Shown here one piece after another: positions 38,112 to 48,486 of a stretch of DNA of 64,000 nucleotides; within the stretch, counting starts at the first letter, position 1; the number at the start of each line of letters is the position of its first letter. The stretch is taken from positions 3,584,001 to 3,648,000 of the forward strand of contig OY761611.1 of assembly GCA_963664875.1 (NCBI GenBank). Reading direction: 5' to 3'. Below the pieces are notes generated by a model. That model did not search any database, was not told where the DNA came from, and saw only the letters and a list, made by a program, of their open reading frames with translations. This stretch comes from Candidatus Kapaibacterium sp. GTDB taxonomy: Bacteria; Bacteroidota; Ignavibacteria; Kapaibacteriales; UBA2268. A program made the position numbers and the translations under genes.

Positions 38112-39866
38112 CTATTTCACTACAAATCTTTGCACTGTGCGTTCGCCTTTGTCTGATGTGATAGAGAGCAGATACATTCCTGATTGCAGTTTTACGTTGA
38201 AATTCTCAGTTTGCAAACCTGCACTCCTTTTTTGTCCTGATTTAAGTGTAGCAACCTCTTCTCCATATAGGTCATGAATTGTGAAGTCTAATATACGATC
38301 TTCGTTAAGATTGTATTCTACTGTGAAATCACTTACCACAGGTACCGGATATATTCGCATTTCTTTCAAATCACCGTTGCAGGCTCTCCATACATCGCAG
38401 TAGGTTTCTTCCCCGGCAAGGGACTTTGCGGCACAGTAATCGCCTTCTGCAAGTGCCAAAAGCTCAGGTGCGAGTTTTTCTTTGTATTCTTCAGGTAGTG
38501 CGTCTATCAGCTCCTGAGAGATATCGTACCAAAGGATAAAGTCAGGTTTGACTGATTTGTTGTCAATCTTAATAGCTACTGCAAGCATTTTGTTGAGTCG
38601 GCTGTCGTCGAAAACTAAATTATGTACATGTCCGGTATTACGAATCATCGAATCGAGAGTAGGTAATTGAGATTTGAAAAATTCCAAATCTTCTTCGCTC
38701 TCTAAGCCCAAAGACTCTTTGGTATATTCATTCGAAGTAGAAAACGACATACTTATACTTGATGATTGCTTGTCAGGAGGATTAATGGAAATAGTTGAAT
38801 AAGAATTATTTGCACTATCTGTACCCACTTTGAAAGTCATTAAATTTAGCTGGTTCAAAATGGAATCTACTAAAAGTACATTGTCTTCATCACTTAGTGT
38901 AATGCTTGTGTTTTCAGCATTTAAGCGAGATTGTTTTATAATATCGCCGAGGTGGAGAGTGATTTCGCTTGCACTGTTGTTTGCTGAGTTTGCTATCAAA
39001 TTGTTTATTCTTTGCTGTAAGGAATCATCATCTATATAGGATTTGAAAATTGCAATTTGAGTAGAGTCTGCTTCGATACTATATTTTGCATCATCATTGA
39101 TAAAGGCACTTATATTAATATTAGCGTTAAGCTCTGAGCTGAGAGTATCTTCAAAAATAGATGTTCTTGACATAATTTTTGAGTTGCCGGCATCAAAAAG
39201 ACTAAGCTCTTTATTGCCGTGCGCATTAGTAATCAGCTGAGGGGCGAAGTAACAAATATTTTTATTCTCTGTGTCAGTGTTTATGACAACTGAGTTTTTA
39301 CCTTCTTTCTTAGACAGAGTAATTACAGGAGAAAATCTTGAAACATCGTCTAAATTTTTGAAAGCTTGAATTTCGAACACTCCACCTTTATCAATGATAC
39401 CAAGTCTCTTCAAATCTTGAGCATTTTCTATGCTGATAATATTGATACCTTCTATATTTACTCTTTCCTGCTTATATGCAAGAGTTTTAGATTTCGCAGG
39501 TTCTTTAGCATTTGTATTGTTTAAAGCAATATCAGAATTGACTTGATTGTTTTTGGTAATTGTAGTAGGTTTTGCCACATCTTCGACTTTAACACTCTGC
39601 TGTTCTTTTTGAGTGTTTTGTAGTCCCGGTTTCTGTAATAAATCAGGTTCTGAAAATGGAGTAAATGCTAAATATGCGGCAGTAGCAGCAACTGCTAAAA
39701 TAGATGTAATAGACATAACTAATCTCCCTTTGATAAATTTAGTATGCTTAGTACCGGGTTGTCTTCCTGTGCCGATAATGTCGGACAGTTCGTTTCCACT
39801 GAGCAAATTTGTCTCAGTATTTTTTGCTTTTTGAAGCAAATCTGTGGTATTTTGATTGTTAGTCAT
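38112..39866 (-). CDS. Putative anti-sigma-type membrane protein with C-terminal T9SS type A sorting domain
   Basis: About 48-aa N-terminal region, one TM, low-complexity linker, C-terminal IYPVPV...HDLYGEEVATL...LQSGMYLLSI...QRFVVK; start overlaps the sigma stop (ATGACTAA). Confidence 0.75.
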   Translation of the reverse strand: MTNNQNTTDLLQKAKNTETNLLSGNELSDIIGTGRQPGTKHTKFIKGRLVMSITSILAVAATAAYLAFTPFSEPDLLQKPGLQNTQKEQQSVKVEDVAKPTTITKNNQVNSDIALNNTNAKEPAKSKTLAYKQERVNIEGINIISIENAQDLKRLGIIDKGGVFEIQAFKNLDDVSRFSPVITLSKKEGKNSVVINTDTENKNICYFAPQLITNAHGNKELSLFDAGNSKIMSRTSIFEDTLSSELNANINISAFINDDAKYSIEADSTQIAIFKSYIDDDSLQQRINNLIANSANNSASEITLHLGDIIKQSRLNAENTSITLSDEDNVLLVDSILNQLNLMTFKVGTDSANNSYSTISINPPDKQSSSISMSFSTSNEYTKESLGLESEEDLEFFKSQLPTLDSMIRNTGHVHNLVFDDSRLNKMLAVAIKIDNKSVKPDFILWYDISQELIDALPEEYKEKLAPELLALAEGDYCAAKSLAGEETYCDVWRACNGDLKEMRIYPVPVVSDFTVEYNLNEDRILDFTIHDLYGEEVATLKSGQKRSAGLQTENFNVKLQSGMYLLSITSDKGERTVQRFVVK

Positions 39867-40434
39867 GATCAACCCTCAGTAGTTTAAGCCGGTCTTCTGT
39901 GTTAATATTACTGTTAATACTTGTGAGATTAGGATCCTGAGTCTCTGTGAGCATAAGCGAGAGTTTTTCTCTTCCGCGGCTTATTCGCGATTTTACCGCA
40001 GAGAGCGAGCCACCCTGCATTTCCTGAATTTCTTTCAAGGAAAAGCCGGATATTTCGAAAAGCACAAGAGCTTCCTTTTGCTTAGCAGGCAACTGACCCA
40101 ATGCCTCGTAAAGCAACTCTATATCGATATTTCTGTCCGCGTTTTGAGCGCTGTCCGGCATTTGATTGGCTTCAATTTCGCTATACACTCCGAAAAATTT
40201 TTTCCGCCATCGTTTTTTCTTAGCTATGCGACTTGCGATAGTAAACAGATAGCTCAAAAATGCTTCTTTATGCTTTAGCGACTCAAAACCTTCGTAAGCC
40301 GCAAGGACAGTATCCGAAGCCAGATCTTTTGCTTCTTCGTAGCTATCAGCCATGGCTCGAGCGTACCGATATAGGTTTTGTTCGACCGGCTTAAACAACT
40401 CTAAAAAAGCTCTTTGTTTTTCGTTTTGCGTCAT
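39859..40434 (-). CDS. ECF RNA polymerase sigma factor
   Basis: Region 2 (LYRYARAM...AKDL..DT...FLSYLFTIA) and region 4 (LPAKQKEALVL..GFSLKEI....SAVKSRISRGR). Confidence 0.93.
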   Translation of the reverse strand: MTQNEKQRAFLELFKPVEQNLYRYARAMADSYEEAKDLASDTVLAAYEGFESLKHKEAFLSYLFTIASRIAKKKRWRKKFFGVYSEIEANQMPDSAQNADRNIDIELLYEALGQLPAKQKEALVLFEISGFSLKEIQEMQGGSLSAVKSRISRGREKLSLMLTETQDPNLTSINSNINTEDRLKLLRVDHD

Positions 40435-40957
40435 TTTACTCTTTCAATTGTGCTCACATAGAGTAAGGGAGTTATGTCGTATAAAAGTTGCAGAACAAAA
40501 TATATTTTTTTTGCGAGATAAGAAGAAATATTATTTGACTCGAATAATGAGATAATAAAACACTATTGCATTCATTGAATTAAAGTGTCAAAGTAGGTTT
40601 ATATTACAGTTTTTATTTTTTCTAATCTCCAAACGACAACGCAGGGGATGGATGTTTTTACCCGGATTAGTTATAGGCATCAAAGAATATTGTATAGCTC
40701 TTATATGATTTGATATTTAATTCATTATTTTGGGTAAATATATACTAAATTTCTTTGTCTATATTTTGGCATAACTAATTTATCAATACTTTCTTTCTTT
40801 TCTATTAAATTTTGCAATCAATTACAAATATATGGCTGATAAATACACTTTTTTCAAAATAACATATTGAATATTAGATTTTTTTATGTAGATTTTGCCC
40901 TTTCTTAAGAAAGCTAAGTTTTAGCTAATATTTACTCAATATATGTTTAGGATGCTT

Positions 40958-42175
40958 ATGAGTATCAGTTTAATAGGTAAATCAATAAACCAGTCTGCTA
41001 CTTTGAGACTGAATGAAATAGCTGCTATTCTAACAGCGAAAGGCGAGCCTGTAATCCATCTTGGTGGTGGACAGCCAAAATCTAAGGCGCCATACGATGC
41101 TCTAATTGCTGCCGCAGGGGTAATCAATACAGGAGAAGTAAGATACACTCCTGCAGACGGTATTCCTGAATTGAAACAGGCTATAATCAGATATACCGAA
41201 GAGTTTTATAATCGTAAAGTAGATCCGGAAAATGTAATAGCCTCCAGCGGAGCCAAGCAAGCTCTTATGGTGGCTCTGCAAGCAGTGCTCAATCCGCAGG
41301 AAGAAGTAGTTTTCCCTGCTCCATATTGGGTCAGCTACCCTGAAATGGTCAAATTGTGCGGAGGTGTACCTGTACCTGTTCATGCTGAAGACGGTGGATT
41401 TTTGCCTCGTCTCCAAGACATCGACAGAGTAGTAACTTCCTACACTAAAGTGATAATTATCAATAGTCCTAATAATCCTACCGGAGCTATGTATTCCGAA
41501 GATTTCATAGCAGAAATAGTAGATTATTGCGAGAAAAAAGATATTTATCTTATAATGGATGACATATATCATCGATTAGTCTTCGACGGCAAAAAACCAA
41601 TTAGTGCATGGCAGTTTGCCAAAAATAAAACCGAAACTTCCAAGATGATTATTATTAATGGTGTTTCGAAGCAATATGCTATGACTGGTTACCGCATAGG
41701 CTGGGCAGTAGCAAATAAGAAGCTGATTGAAGTAATGACTAATATTCAGGGACATCAGACATCAGGGCCTTCTGTTGTAGTCCAAAAGGCTGCGACAGCT
41801 GCAATCAACGGTGTGCAATCCTCTGTAGAAAGTCTAAGGGCAACTTTGGAGAACAACCGTAATGTAATGATGGATCATTTAAACAGTTTCGATGGAGTAA
41901 AAGCCTATAAACCTGATGGTACTTTTTATTGCTTTGTAGATTTCAGCTACTATGAAAAGGACTCTGTAAAACTATCTAATCTTCTTTTAGATAAAGTACG
42001 AGTCGTTACGGTACCGGGTGTGGAATTTGGTAAAGACGGATTTTTAAGATTGTCAACTTGTGGCTCAATCAAAGAAATTACGGAAGGTATAGAAAGAATC
42101 AAATGGGTATTGGATCCTGAATCTCCAAACGAACTTTATATTGGTGAACGCAAATTAGTGAGGGATTGGCTATGA
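40958..42175 (+). CDS. Class I/II PLP-dependent aminotransferase (aspartate aminotransferase-like)
   Basis: YTPADGIPEL, GAKQA, NSPNNPTG, DDIY and SKQYAMTGYRIG; ATGA overlap with pckA. Confidence 0.92.
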   Translation: MSISLIGKSINQSATLRLNEIAAILTAKGEPVIHLGGGQPKSKAPYDALIAAAGVINTGEVRYTPADGIPELKQAIIRYTEEFYNRKVDPENVIASSGAKQALMVALQAVLNPQEEVVFPAPYWVSYPEMVKLCGGVPVPVHAEDGGFLPRLQDIDRVVTSYTKVIIINSPNNPTGAMYSEDFIAEIVDYCEKKDIYLIMDDIYHRLVFDGKKPISAWQFAKNKTETSKMIIINGVSKQYAMTGYRIGWAVANKKLIEVMTNIQGHQTSGPSVVVQKAATAAINGVQSSVESLRATLENNRNVMMDHLNSFDGVKAYKPDGTFYCFVDFSYYEKDSVKLSNLLLDKVRVVTVPGVEFGKDGFLRLSTCGSIKEITEGIERIKWVLDPESPNELYIGERKLVRDWL

Positions 42176-43839
42176 CAAAATATTTGAAATTCGAAACTCC
42201 TGCTCAAAAGCATGCTCAGGAGCTATCCAGCGTTTTTAAACTGAAAAATCATGGCTTGACTCAACTCGATCAGGTTTATTGGAATTTACCGACACCGGCA
42301 CTTTATGAAGAGTCAGTTTTTCGCGGTGAAGCTAAAATGGTTAATGGCGGTCCGCTATTGGTAAAAACAGGTAAGTGGACAGCAAGAGCTGCTAATGATA
42401 AATATATAGTACAAGAAGCAAGCAGTGAAGATAAAATTTGGTGGGGTGTTTATAACCGCCCTATGCCTTTAGACAAATTTCACGGTTTGCTTGCCAGAAT
42501 GCAGGCTTATCTACAAGGCGAAGAGCTGTTTGTGCAGGACTGCTATGTAGGTGCAGATAAAAACTACAGGCTGCCTATCAGAATTATTACTGATACTGCT
42601 TGGCAATCACTTTTTGCAAGAAATATGTTTATTCCTATCGACAATAAAGACGAATTGAAAAAACATATACCTGAATTTACTCTCATAGCTTCGCCTTCTT
42701 TTAAAGCTGAGCCTATGATAGACGGTACAAGAAGTGAAACCTGTATGGCTATCAATTTTGCAGAAAGGCTTGCTATTGTAGCAGGTTCCTCTTATGGTGG
42801 CGAAATCAAAAAAACTATGTTTACAGTTATGAATTACCTCAAACCAAACGAAGGCGTAATGTCTATGCACTGCTCAGCTAACGTTGGCGAACGAGGTGAT
42901 GCTGCTTTATTTTTCGGACTCAGCGGCACAGGTAAAACTACTTTGTCAGCAGATCCTACCAGAAATCTAATCGGCGACGACGAACATGGCTGGAGCAACG
43001 ACGGTATATTTAATTTCGAGGGTGGCTGCTATGCGAAAGTTATCAGACTATCTGCAGAAGCAGAACCTGAAATCCATGAATGTACCAAAAGATTTGGAAC
43101 AATACTCGAAAATGTGGTATTTGATCCTGCTTCGAGGATGATAGATTTGGATGATGACTCTTTGACTGAAAATACAAGAGCTTCGTATCCTTTAGATTTT
43201 ATTCCAAATGCTATGCCGGAGAAAAAAGTAGATTCGCATCCTGAAAATATTATATTTCTGACTTGCGACGCTACAGGTGTGCTTCCTCCGATAGCTTTGC
43301 TTGATGAAAATCAGGCAATGTACCACTTTATTAGTGGTTACACTTCGAAAATAGCAGGAACTGAAATTGGTTTGGGTATCGAACCTGAAATCGCTTTCAG
43401 CCCTTGCTTCGGAGCTCCGTTTATGGTACACCATCCATATTACTACGCTAATTTGCTTATTCAAAAAATGCGCAAACACGGTTCGAAATGTTGGCTTGTC
43501 AATACCGGCTGGGTTGGAGGAAAATTTGGAATCGGCAAGCGTATTTCTATCAGACACACAAGAAATATGCTCAATGCGGTACTCGAAGGCAAACTTAGCA
43601 ATGTAGAATTCAGGACAGATAAACTGTTTGGATTCAAAGTACCAAAAAGCTGCCCGAATGTTCCGGAAGAAGTATTCGAACCATCGAATGCCTGGGGCAA
43701 TAAGGACGAATACTGGAATAAATACGATGCACTTGCTGCCAGATACATTGAAAATTTCAAATTGTATTCCGACGGTATTCCGTTAGAGGTAGTGCAGGCA
43801 GGTCCTAAGCGTTTAAAGTTTGCAGGTGTTAATCAATAG
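42172..43839 (+). CDS. pckA: Phosphoenolpyruvate carboxykinase (ATP)
   Basis: YGGEIKK, MHCSAN, FFGLSGTGKTTLSAD, LIGDDEHGW and NFEGGCYAK. Confidence 0.97.
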   Translation: MTKYLKFETPAQKHAQELSSVFKLKNHGLTQLDQVYWNLPTPALYEESVFRGEAKMVNGGPLLVKTGKWTARAANDKYIVQEASSEDKIWWGVYNRPMPLDKFHGLLARMQAYLQGEELFVQDCYVGADKNYRLPIRIITDTAWQSLFARNMFIPIDNKDELKKHIPEFTLIASPSFKAEPMIDGTRSETCMAINFAERLAIVAGSSYGGEIKKTMFTVMNYLKPNEGVMSMHCSANVGERGDAALFFGLSGTGKTTLSADPTRNLIGDDEHGWSNDGIFNFEGGCYAKVIRLSAEAEPEIHECTKRFGTILENVVFDPASRMIDLDDDSLTENTRASYPLDFIPNAMPEKKVDSHPENIIFLTCDATGVLPPIALLDENQAMYHFISGYTSKIAGTEIGLGIEPEIAFSPCFGAPFMVHHPYYYANLLIQKMRKHGSKCWLVNTGWVGGKFGIGKRISIRHTRNMLNAVLEGKLSNVEFRTDKLFGFKVPKSCPNVPEEVFEPSNAWGNKDEYWNKYDALAARYIENFKLYSDGIPLEVVQAGPKRLKFAGVNQ

Positions 43840-43867
43840 CAGACAATTATTGGCGTTATGATTGAAA

Positions 43868-43903
43868 AAAAAGCGGGAGTGTGTTTTTATGCACTTCCGC
43901 TTT
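43868..43903. terminator. Bidirectional terminator
   Basis: AAAGCGGGAGTG...CACTTCCGCTTT between convergent genes. Confidence 0.7.
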
Positions 43904-43944
43904 AGTTTATTATTTATTTTTTTCAAAAGCATTACACAAGGCTT

Positions 43945-44619
43945 TTAGCTAAAGGATGAAAATCCACCGCCACCGCTTAGTCTTCTGCGTCTTGATTTGA
44001 TAATTGCTCTGATGATAAGAATAATTACACCAAGCACCATCAAAGTAAAAAGTAATTTAGCAAAAGAAAATGTAGGAGGATATACGCCTATAGTGCCGTC
44101 CGGATTATTTACATAATATGGTCTTGAATAGTAGAATGCAGGATGAAACGGCATAGCCCACATCCAGCTTGTACTTCCCATCATGTAACCGGTCATTAGA
44201 CCGCTACCGTATCCTCCGTAATTATTCATCACGTATCTCTGATTTTGACCGGCAGCATTTCTACCTTCGTAAGTGCTTGTTTTTCTCGGAGCACCATACT
44301 TAGATGTATAAGCTTGTTTGGAGGCGAGTCTGCTACCGCCAAAACTTGACTGCTTAGTTTTAGGTATAGCACTTTTTGTAGTCGTGGCAGTTCTCGAATT
44401 TTTATTTAATCTTGAACTTGAGCGTTTAGTGCCAAAGCTACTGTTAGATTTGCTTTTACTTTTAAACATGCTCGAACCTGAACTTCTGCTTCTGCCAAAG
44501 CTGCTTCTGCTTCCGCCACCACGTCTTGCTTCTGCATATTCAGGAGCAAGAAAGACTGCAAGTGCAAAAAATATGGTCAGAATCCCAAGTATTCTACGTA
44601 ATCTGTTATTACTTTCCAT
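43945..44619 (-). CDS. Hypothetical Gly/Ser/Arg-rich membrane protein
   Basis: Signal peptide (AEA|RRGGG), low-complexity basic region, aromatic/Gly block and C-terminal TM. Confidence 0.75.
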   Translation of the reverse strand: MESNNRLRRILGILTIFFALAVFLAPEYAEARRGGGSRSSFGRSRSSGSSMFKSKSKSNSSFGTKRSSSRLNKNSRTATTTKSAIPKTKQSSFGGSRLASKQAYTSKYGAPRKTSTYEGRNAAGQNQRYVMNNYGGYGSGLMTGYMMGSTSWMWAMPFHPAFYYSRPYYVNNPDGTIGVYPPTFSFAKLLFTLMVLGVIILIIRAIIKSRRRRLSGGGGFSSFS

Positions 44620-45102
44620 CTAAAAAATCTCCTCTGTTTCTATACTGTCATCTTCATTTCTAAAAGTTATTTCTGCTTTGAAAGTTTCATGCTCAGGTAA
44701 GGAATTTTTGCTTTTCAGCACCTTTTCCATAAAGGTTTTAGTCTTTGTTGGTTTGATGTGCACATATAAACTTACGATGCCGTCTAAAGGTTCGTCATTG
44801 AAATACACTACACATGAGTCGATATCTCCTTGACTTTCGAGTGTGAGTAGCTGCAACTGAAAATTATCTATATCTTCTTCGCTAAAAGAAGGCTCGGTAA
44901 AAACAACATTAGTAAGTCTTTCTTCAAAAATGTGCTTCGTATGGATTTCTTTGTCGCTACCTTCGTATTGGATAACAGAATCGAAAGTCCCTTCTTCATC
45001 AAGGTTCAAAAATACTTCTTTTATACCCTTGATTTGCTGTCCGTTATAGTAAATCGCCGTCTGTTCGATTCTCCCGTTAGATTCTATTGCAAAAGTAGGC
45101 AT
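44620..45102 (-). CDS. Hypothetical protein with internal tandem duplication
   Basis: AIESNGRIEQTAIYYNGQQIKGIKEVFLNL vs TLESQGDIDSCVVYFNDEPLDGIVSLYVHI; abuts the next gene. Confidence 0.75.
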   Translation of the reverse strand: MPTFAIESNGRIEQTAIYYNGQQIKGIKEVFLNLDEEGTFDSVIQYEGSDKEIHTKHIFEERLTNVVFTEPSFSEEDIDNFQLQLLTLESQGDIDSCVVYFNDEPLDGIVSLYVHIKPTKTKTFMEKVLKSKNSLPEHETFKAEITFRNEDDSIETEEIF

Positions 45103-45407
45103 TTTGAGTCTCTCCAAATTTCAAAATAGAAATATAATACTTCATAATATACGAAATAAAATATAGTTTGTTCGATAATAGCTAAAGTGCAAAAGTAGAA
45201 GCGAATTTGCAAATTATTTAAAACTTTATAGAAACAAAAGTGCAACATAATGATAACAAAAGCTATTTATTTGCAAAGATTTTCTTAATAATAGATATAT
45301 ATTTCAAAGTATTTTCTTATTTTAGTACTTAGAGGAAGTGTAGCTTGCTACCATTTCTTTATCTATGCAGCATAAAGTTAAATCATTCACTGAAAATTGG
45401 GGTCGTG

Positions 45408-47483
45408 ATGAAAAAAAGCACGTTGCTTGTGCTTTATGCATTGTTTTTGTCTTTCGGGAATTTATTTGCTCGAGTGCCTTCGGATTCGGTTGCAGTAAAA
45501 GAAACAATCGACACCTTGGAGCTTAAAAAGATTGAGGAAATGAAGCCCCGTTACGGCATTTATGGGCATTACGCTTTAAATATTCACTCAGCTGATTTCA
45601 GAGGTCTGCCGGGTGTGCCGTCTTGTTGTCCTATTTATGATGGTGGGACATCAACCGGTTTGAACCTTGGTGCTCTCTATGAAATACCGCTGAATGACAA
45701 ATTTATTGCCGGCATCCGTCTTGGCTATGCAGATTATAGCATACTTATGGAGACTAATGAACCTATGCAGTTTATCATTGACGGTAAACCTGCTATGGGG
45801 AGTTATGATCACTATTTGGATTCAAAAATCGGAACATTCGGAGTCGAACCTTACGTCTCTTATGAATTGACTGATAATTTCTATGCATCTGCAGGATTAA
45901 GAGCTGCTCTCATGACTCGTAAGCATTATGCTACAAAGCAAACTCTCAATCCTCCAAACGGTACCGGAACAAATCTCGACGGTAGCGTTGTAAACAATGT
46001 CTCCTCGGGTGATATACCGGATGCAACATCGCTTTTGCTGGGTATCCAAGCCGGTATAAGCTACGAATTACCTATGAATAAAGATGCTTGGCTCATGCTC
46101 TGCCCTGAGCTAATGTTCAAATATAACGTTAATCCTTTGGTTAGTGGATTGGATTGGAATGTGTTTTCTGTTCATGGCGGTGTGGCTGTCAAGTTCAAAA
46201 CGCCACCACCACCTCCGCCACCACCACCACCACCTGCGGCGCCACCTCTGCCTAAGCACCTGATGCCTGTGAAGCCTCCTGTGTTGCTCGCAAATATTTC
46301 AGCGGTAGAGATTGACACAAACGGAAGAGAAAGGAAAAACTTTAATATTAAAATAGAAGATTTCATATCCCTTAATATGAGACCTTTGCTAAACTATGTA
46401 TTTTTTGCTGAAAATTCTGCCGATATTCCTGACAGATATAATAAATTGCAGGCAAAAGACACAAGTAACTTTAATCTGAAAAATCTGCAAAACCTCGACG
46501 CTATGGAGACTTACTATCATGTGATGAATATAGTAGGTAAACGTATGCAACAGGATGCCAATGCTAAGATTACTTTAGTGGGTTGCAATGCAGATAAAGA
46601 TACTGAGAAAAACAATAAGGAACTCTCAAAGCAAAGAGCTGAATCTGTCAAAAACTATCTGACAAGCGTTTGGGGTATTGAGGATAGCAGAATCAAAGTT
46701 ACTGCACGCAATTTGCCTAATCAGGAAACTGTTTCGGACGAAGAAGGTGGAGACGATGAAAATCGCAGAGTCGAAATCCTATCTGACAACATCAGAATTA
46801 CCGAACCTGTGATTACAGTGGATACAATGAGGGTTATTTCCAAATCAACAATACGATTCCTGCCTGATATCAAAGCAGAAGCCGGATTAAAATCATGGCG
46901 TCTGGAAGCAGTAAAGGAAGGCACTTCACTTGTAACTTACGGAGGCAAGAACGAAATACCTAAAAAGATAGATTGGGAACTTTCCAACGAAGATTCTAAC
47001 GTACCTCGCAATGCCGGCTCGGTAGAAGTGATGTTTGTTGCAGAGGATTCACTCGGTCAGAGAGCTGTCTCCAAAAACTACAGAGTGCCGGTAGCTCAGC
47101 TTACAATCGACAGAAAACGATTAGAAAGAATATCTGACAAAGAATTTGAATACTACAGCCTTATTCTTTTTGATTATGGAAAGACTGATTTAGCTTCTGC
47201 TCACAGAAAAGTAGTTGATTTTGTAAAAGACAGGCTGACTACTGATGCCACTGTCTATATCAAAGGCTACACTGACAGAATGGGCGAAGAAGACATCAAT
47301 AAACGCATATCAACAAGAAGAGCCGAAGCAGTAGCCCGTAGATTAAAAATACCACAGGCGCAAGTGATTGGTCTTGGCGAATCTGATTTACTATATGACA
47401 ACAAGCTGCCTGAAGGCAGATTCTATTGCAGAACGGTAACAATCACGATAGAAACCCCTGTCAAAGATACCAACGAAGAATAG
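45408..47483 (+). CDS. OmpA family protein (N-terminal beta-barrel, poly-Pro linker, two OmpA-like C-terminal domains)
   Basis: LSKQRAESVKNYL...ENRRVEI and GYTDRMG...ISTRRAEAV...RTVTI. Confidence 0.88.
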   Translation: MKKSTLLVLYALFLSFGNLFARVPSDSVAVKETIDTLELKKIEEMKPRYGIYGHYALNIHSADFRGLPGVPSCCPIYDGGTSTGLNLGALYEIPLNDKFIAGIRLGYADYSILMETNEPMQFIIDGKPAMGSYDHYLDSKIGTFGVEPYVSYELTDNFYASAGLRAALMTRKHYATKQTLNPPNGTGTNLDGSVVNNVSSGDIPDATSLLLGIQAGISYELPMNKDAWLMLCPELMFKYNVNPLVSGLDWNVFSVHGGVAVKFKTPPPPPPPPPPPAAPPLPKHLMPVKPPVLLANISAVEIDTNGRERKNFNIKIEDFISLNMRPLLNYVFFAENSADIPDRYNKLQAKDTSNFNLKNLQNLDAMETYYHVMNIVGKRMQQDANAKITLVGCNADKDTEKNNKELSKQRAESVKNYLTSVWGIEDSRIKVTARNLPNQETVSDEEGGDDENRRVEILSDNIRITEPVITVDTMRVISKSTIRFLPDIKAEAGLKSWRLEAVKEGTSLVTYGGKNEIPKKIDWELSNEDSNVPRNAGSVEVMFVAEDSLGQRAVSKNYRVPVAQLTIDRKRLERISDKEFEYYSLILFDYGKTDLASAHRKVVDFVKDRLTTDATVYIKGYTDRMGEEDINKRISTRRAEAVARRLKIPQAQVIGLGESDLLYDNKLPEGRFYCRTVTITIETPVKDTNEE

Positions 47484-47509
47484 AATTGAATAAAATTGAA
47501 ATATAATTC

Positions 47510-47546
47510 AAGCTGGCTAAACGCAAATTTAGTCAGCTTTTTTTTG
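47510..47546 (+). terminator. Intrinsic terminator
   Basis: AAGCTGGCTAAA...TTTAGTCAGCTT plus T tail. Confidence 0.75.
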
Positions 47547-47601
47547 GTGTGTCACGTATAGTCACGTCAAGGCTTTTTCCTGTTGTCCCCATAAACCGAA
47601 A

Positions 47602-47952
47602 TTTGTCATTAGAAAAAAGCAAACTTAATCTAAATTCTTATTTGATTATAAGTTATAACATTAAAAAGGTTGTCAAATGAGTAAGATTTGCTTACCATTT
47701 TTAGGGAAGTTTATACTCAGAAGGCATCAACTGCCCTTCGGGCATCCCTTTACTTCCCTTCGACTTTGCTCAGGGTAAACTTAAGCTCAGCACGACGCTT
47801 CCCAAGAAGGTGAATCAAAATTCCCTCTTTTCAAACAAGGGCTCTGCACTGAGCGTAGTCGAAGTGTGGCACGTCGAAGACGTGGCGAGGTGTTCAAATG
47901 TAGCAGAAACTTATGTATAGAATCTACTATGGTTTTATTTTCTAATGACATT
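47602..47952 (+). mobile_element. MITE-like composite dispersed repeat, copy B
   Basis: IRs TTTGTCATTAGAAAA / TTTTCTAATGACATT; internal CTTCGACTTTGCTCAG and CACTGAGCGTAGTCGAAGTG REP motifs; homologous to copy A. Confidence 0.7.
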
Positions 47953-47998
47953 TTTTGGATAACTCAGAGTTTATTCTTCTAATTACAATTCGAAATAT

Positions 47999-48086
47999 TA
48001 AAAAAAAGTCGCTCCACCTCTCAGCAGAACGACTTTATTTACTTCAAATACTAAAATCAAATTATGAGCAGCCGCTTGTGCTACCG
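47999..48086 (-). repeat. Displaced duplicate of nrdJ 3' end plus terminator
   Basis: Matches 48575-48662; encodes GSTSGCS* followed by the AAAGTCG..CGACTTT hairpin. Confidence 0.9.
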
Positions 48087-48096
48087 TAAAAAATTT

Positions 48097-48486
48097 CTAA
48101 TTCTTTGGATCTTCTCCATATTCATTTGGACCAAAATTTCCAGGTGTTAAGTAAAGTATAAAAAGCCAAATCGAACCAATAAAAGGAATCACTGATACAA
48201 ATAAATACAAACCACTTTTGCCTACGTCATGTAACCTTCTAACTGAAAGTGAAAGTCCAGCAATCATGCAAGGGAGGATACATATAAACATAATTATGGT
48301 AAACAAGGTTTCTGAACCGAATTCACCTACAGATTCACTTGCGAAAGCCATTCTAAAAAGGCTAATTATTAATACCACTGCAAACAAAATAACATTCATA
48401 AGGATGCTGGAAAGCCAGAAGTCCTTTCTTCTTGTTCTACCTGAAAAGTCAAACATTTTCAAAAATGGGCTAATTAAATAATTCAT
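48097..48486 (-). CDS. DUF805 family membrane protein
   Basis: FDFSGRTRRKDFW, SVRRLHDVGKSG and GPNEYGEDP. Confidence 0.93.
   Translation of the reverse strand: MNYLISPFLKMFDFSGRTRRKDFWLSSILMNVILFAVVLIISLFRMAFASESVGEFGSETLFTIIMFICILPCMIAGLSLSVRRLHDVGKSGLYLFVSVIPFIGSIWLFILYLTPGNFGPNEYGEDPKN

Noticed and set aside
40620-40672. GC-richer stretch CTAATC...GATTAG upstream of the aminotransferase as an ncRNA
   Set aside because: Only a 6-bp closing stem; no recognisable RNA family.
46200-46250. CCA/CCG tandem repeat as a VNTR or contingency locus
   Set aside because: It encodes the in-frame poly-Pro linker of the OmpA protein with mixed codons.
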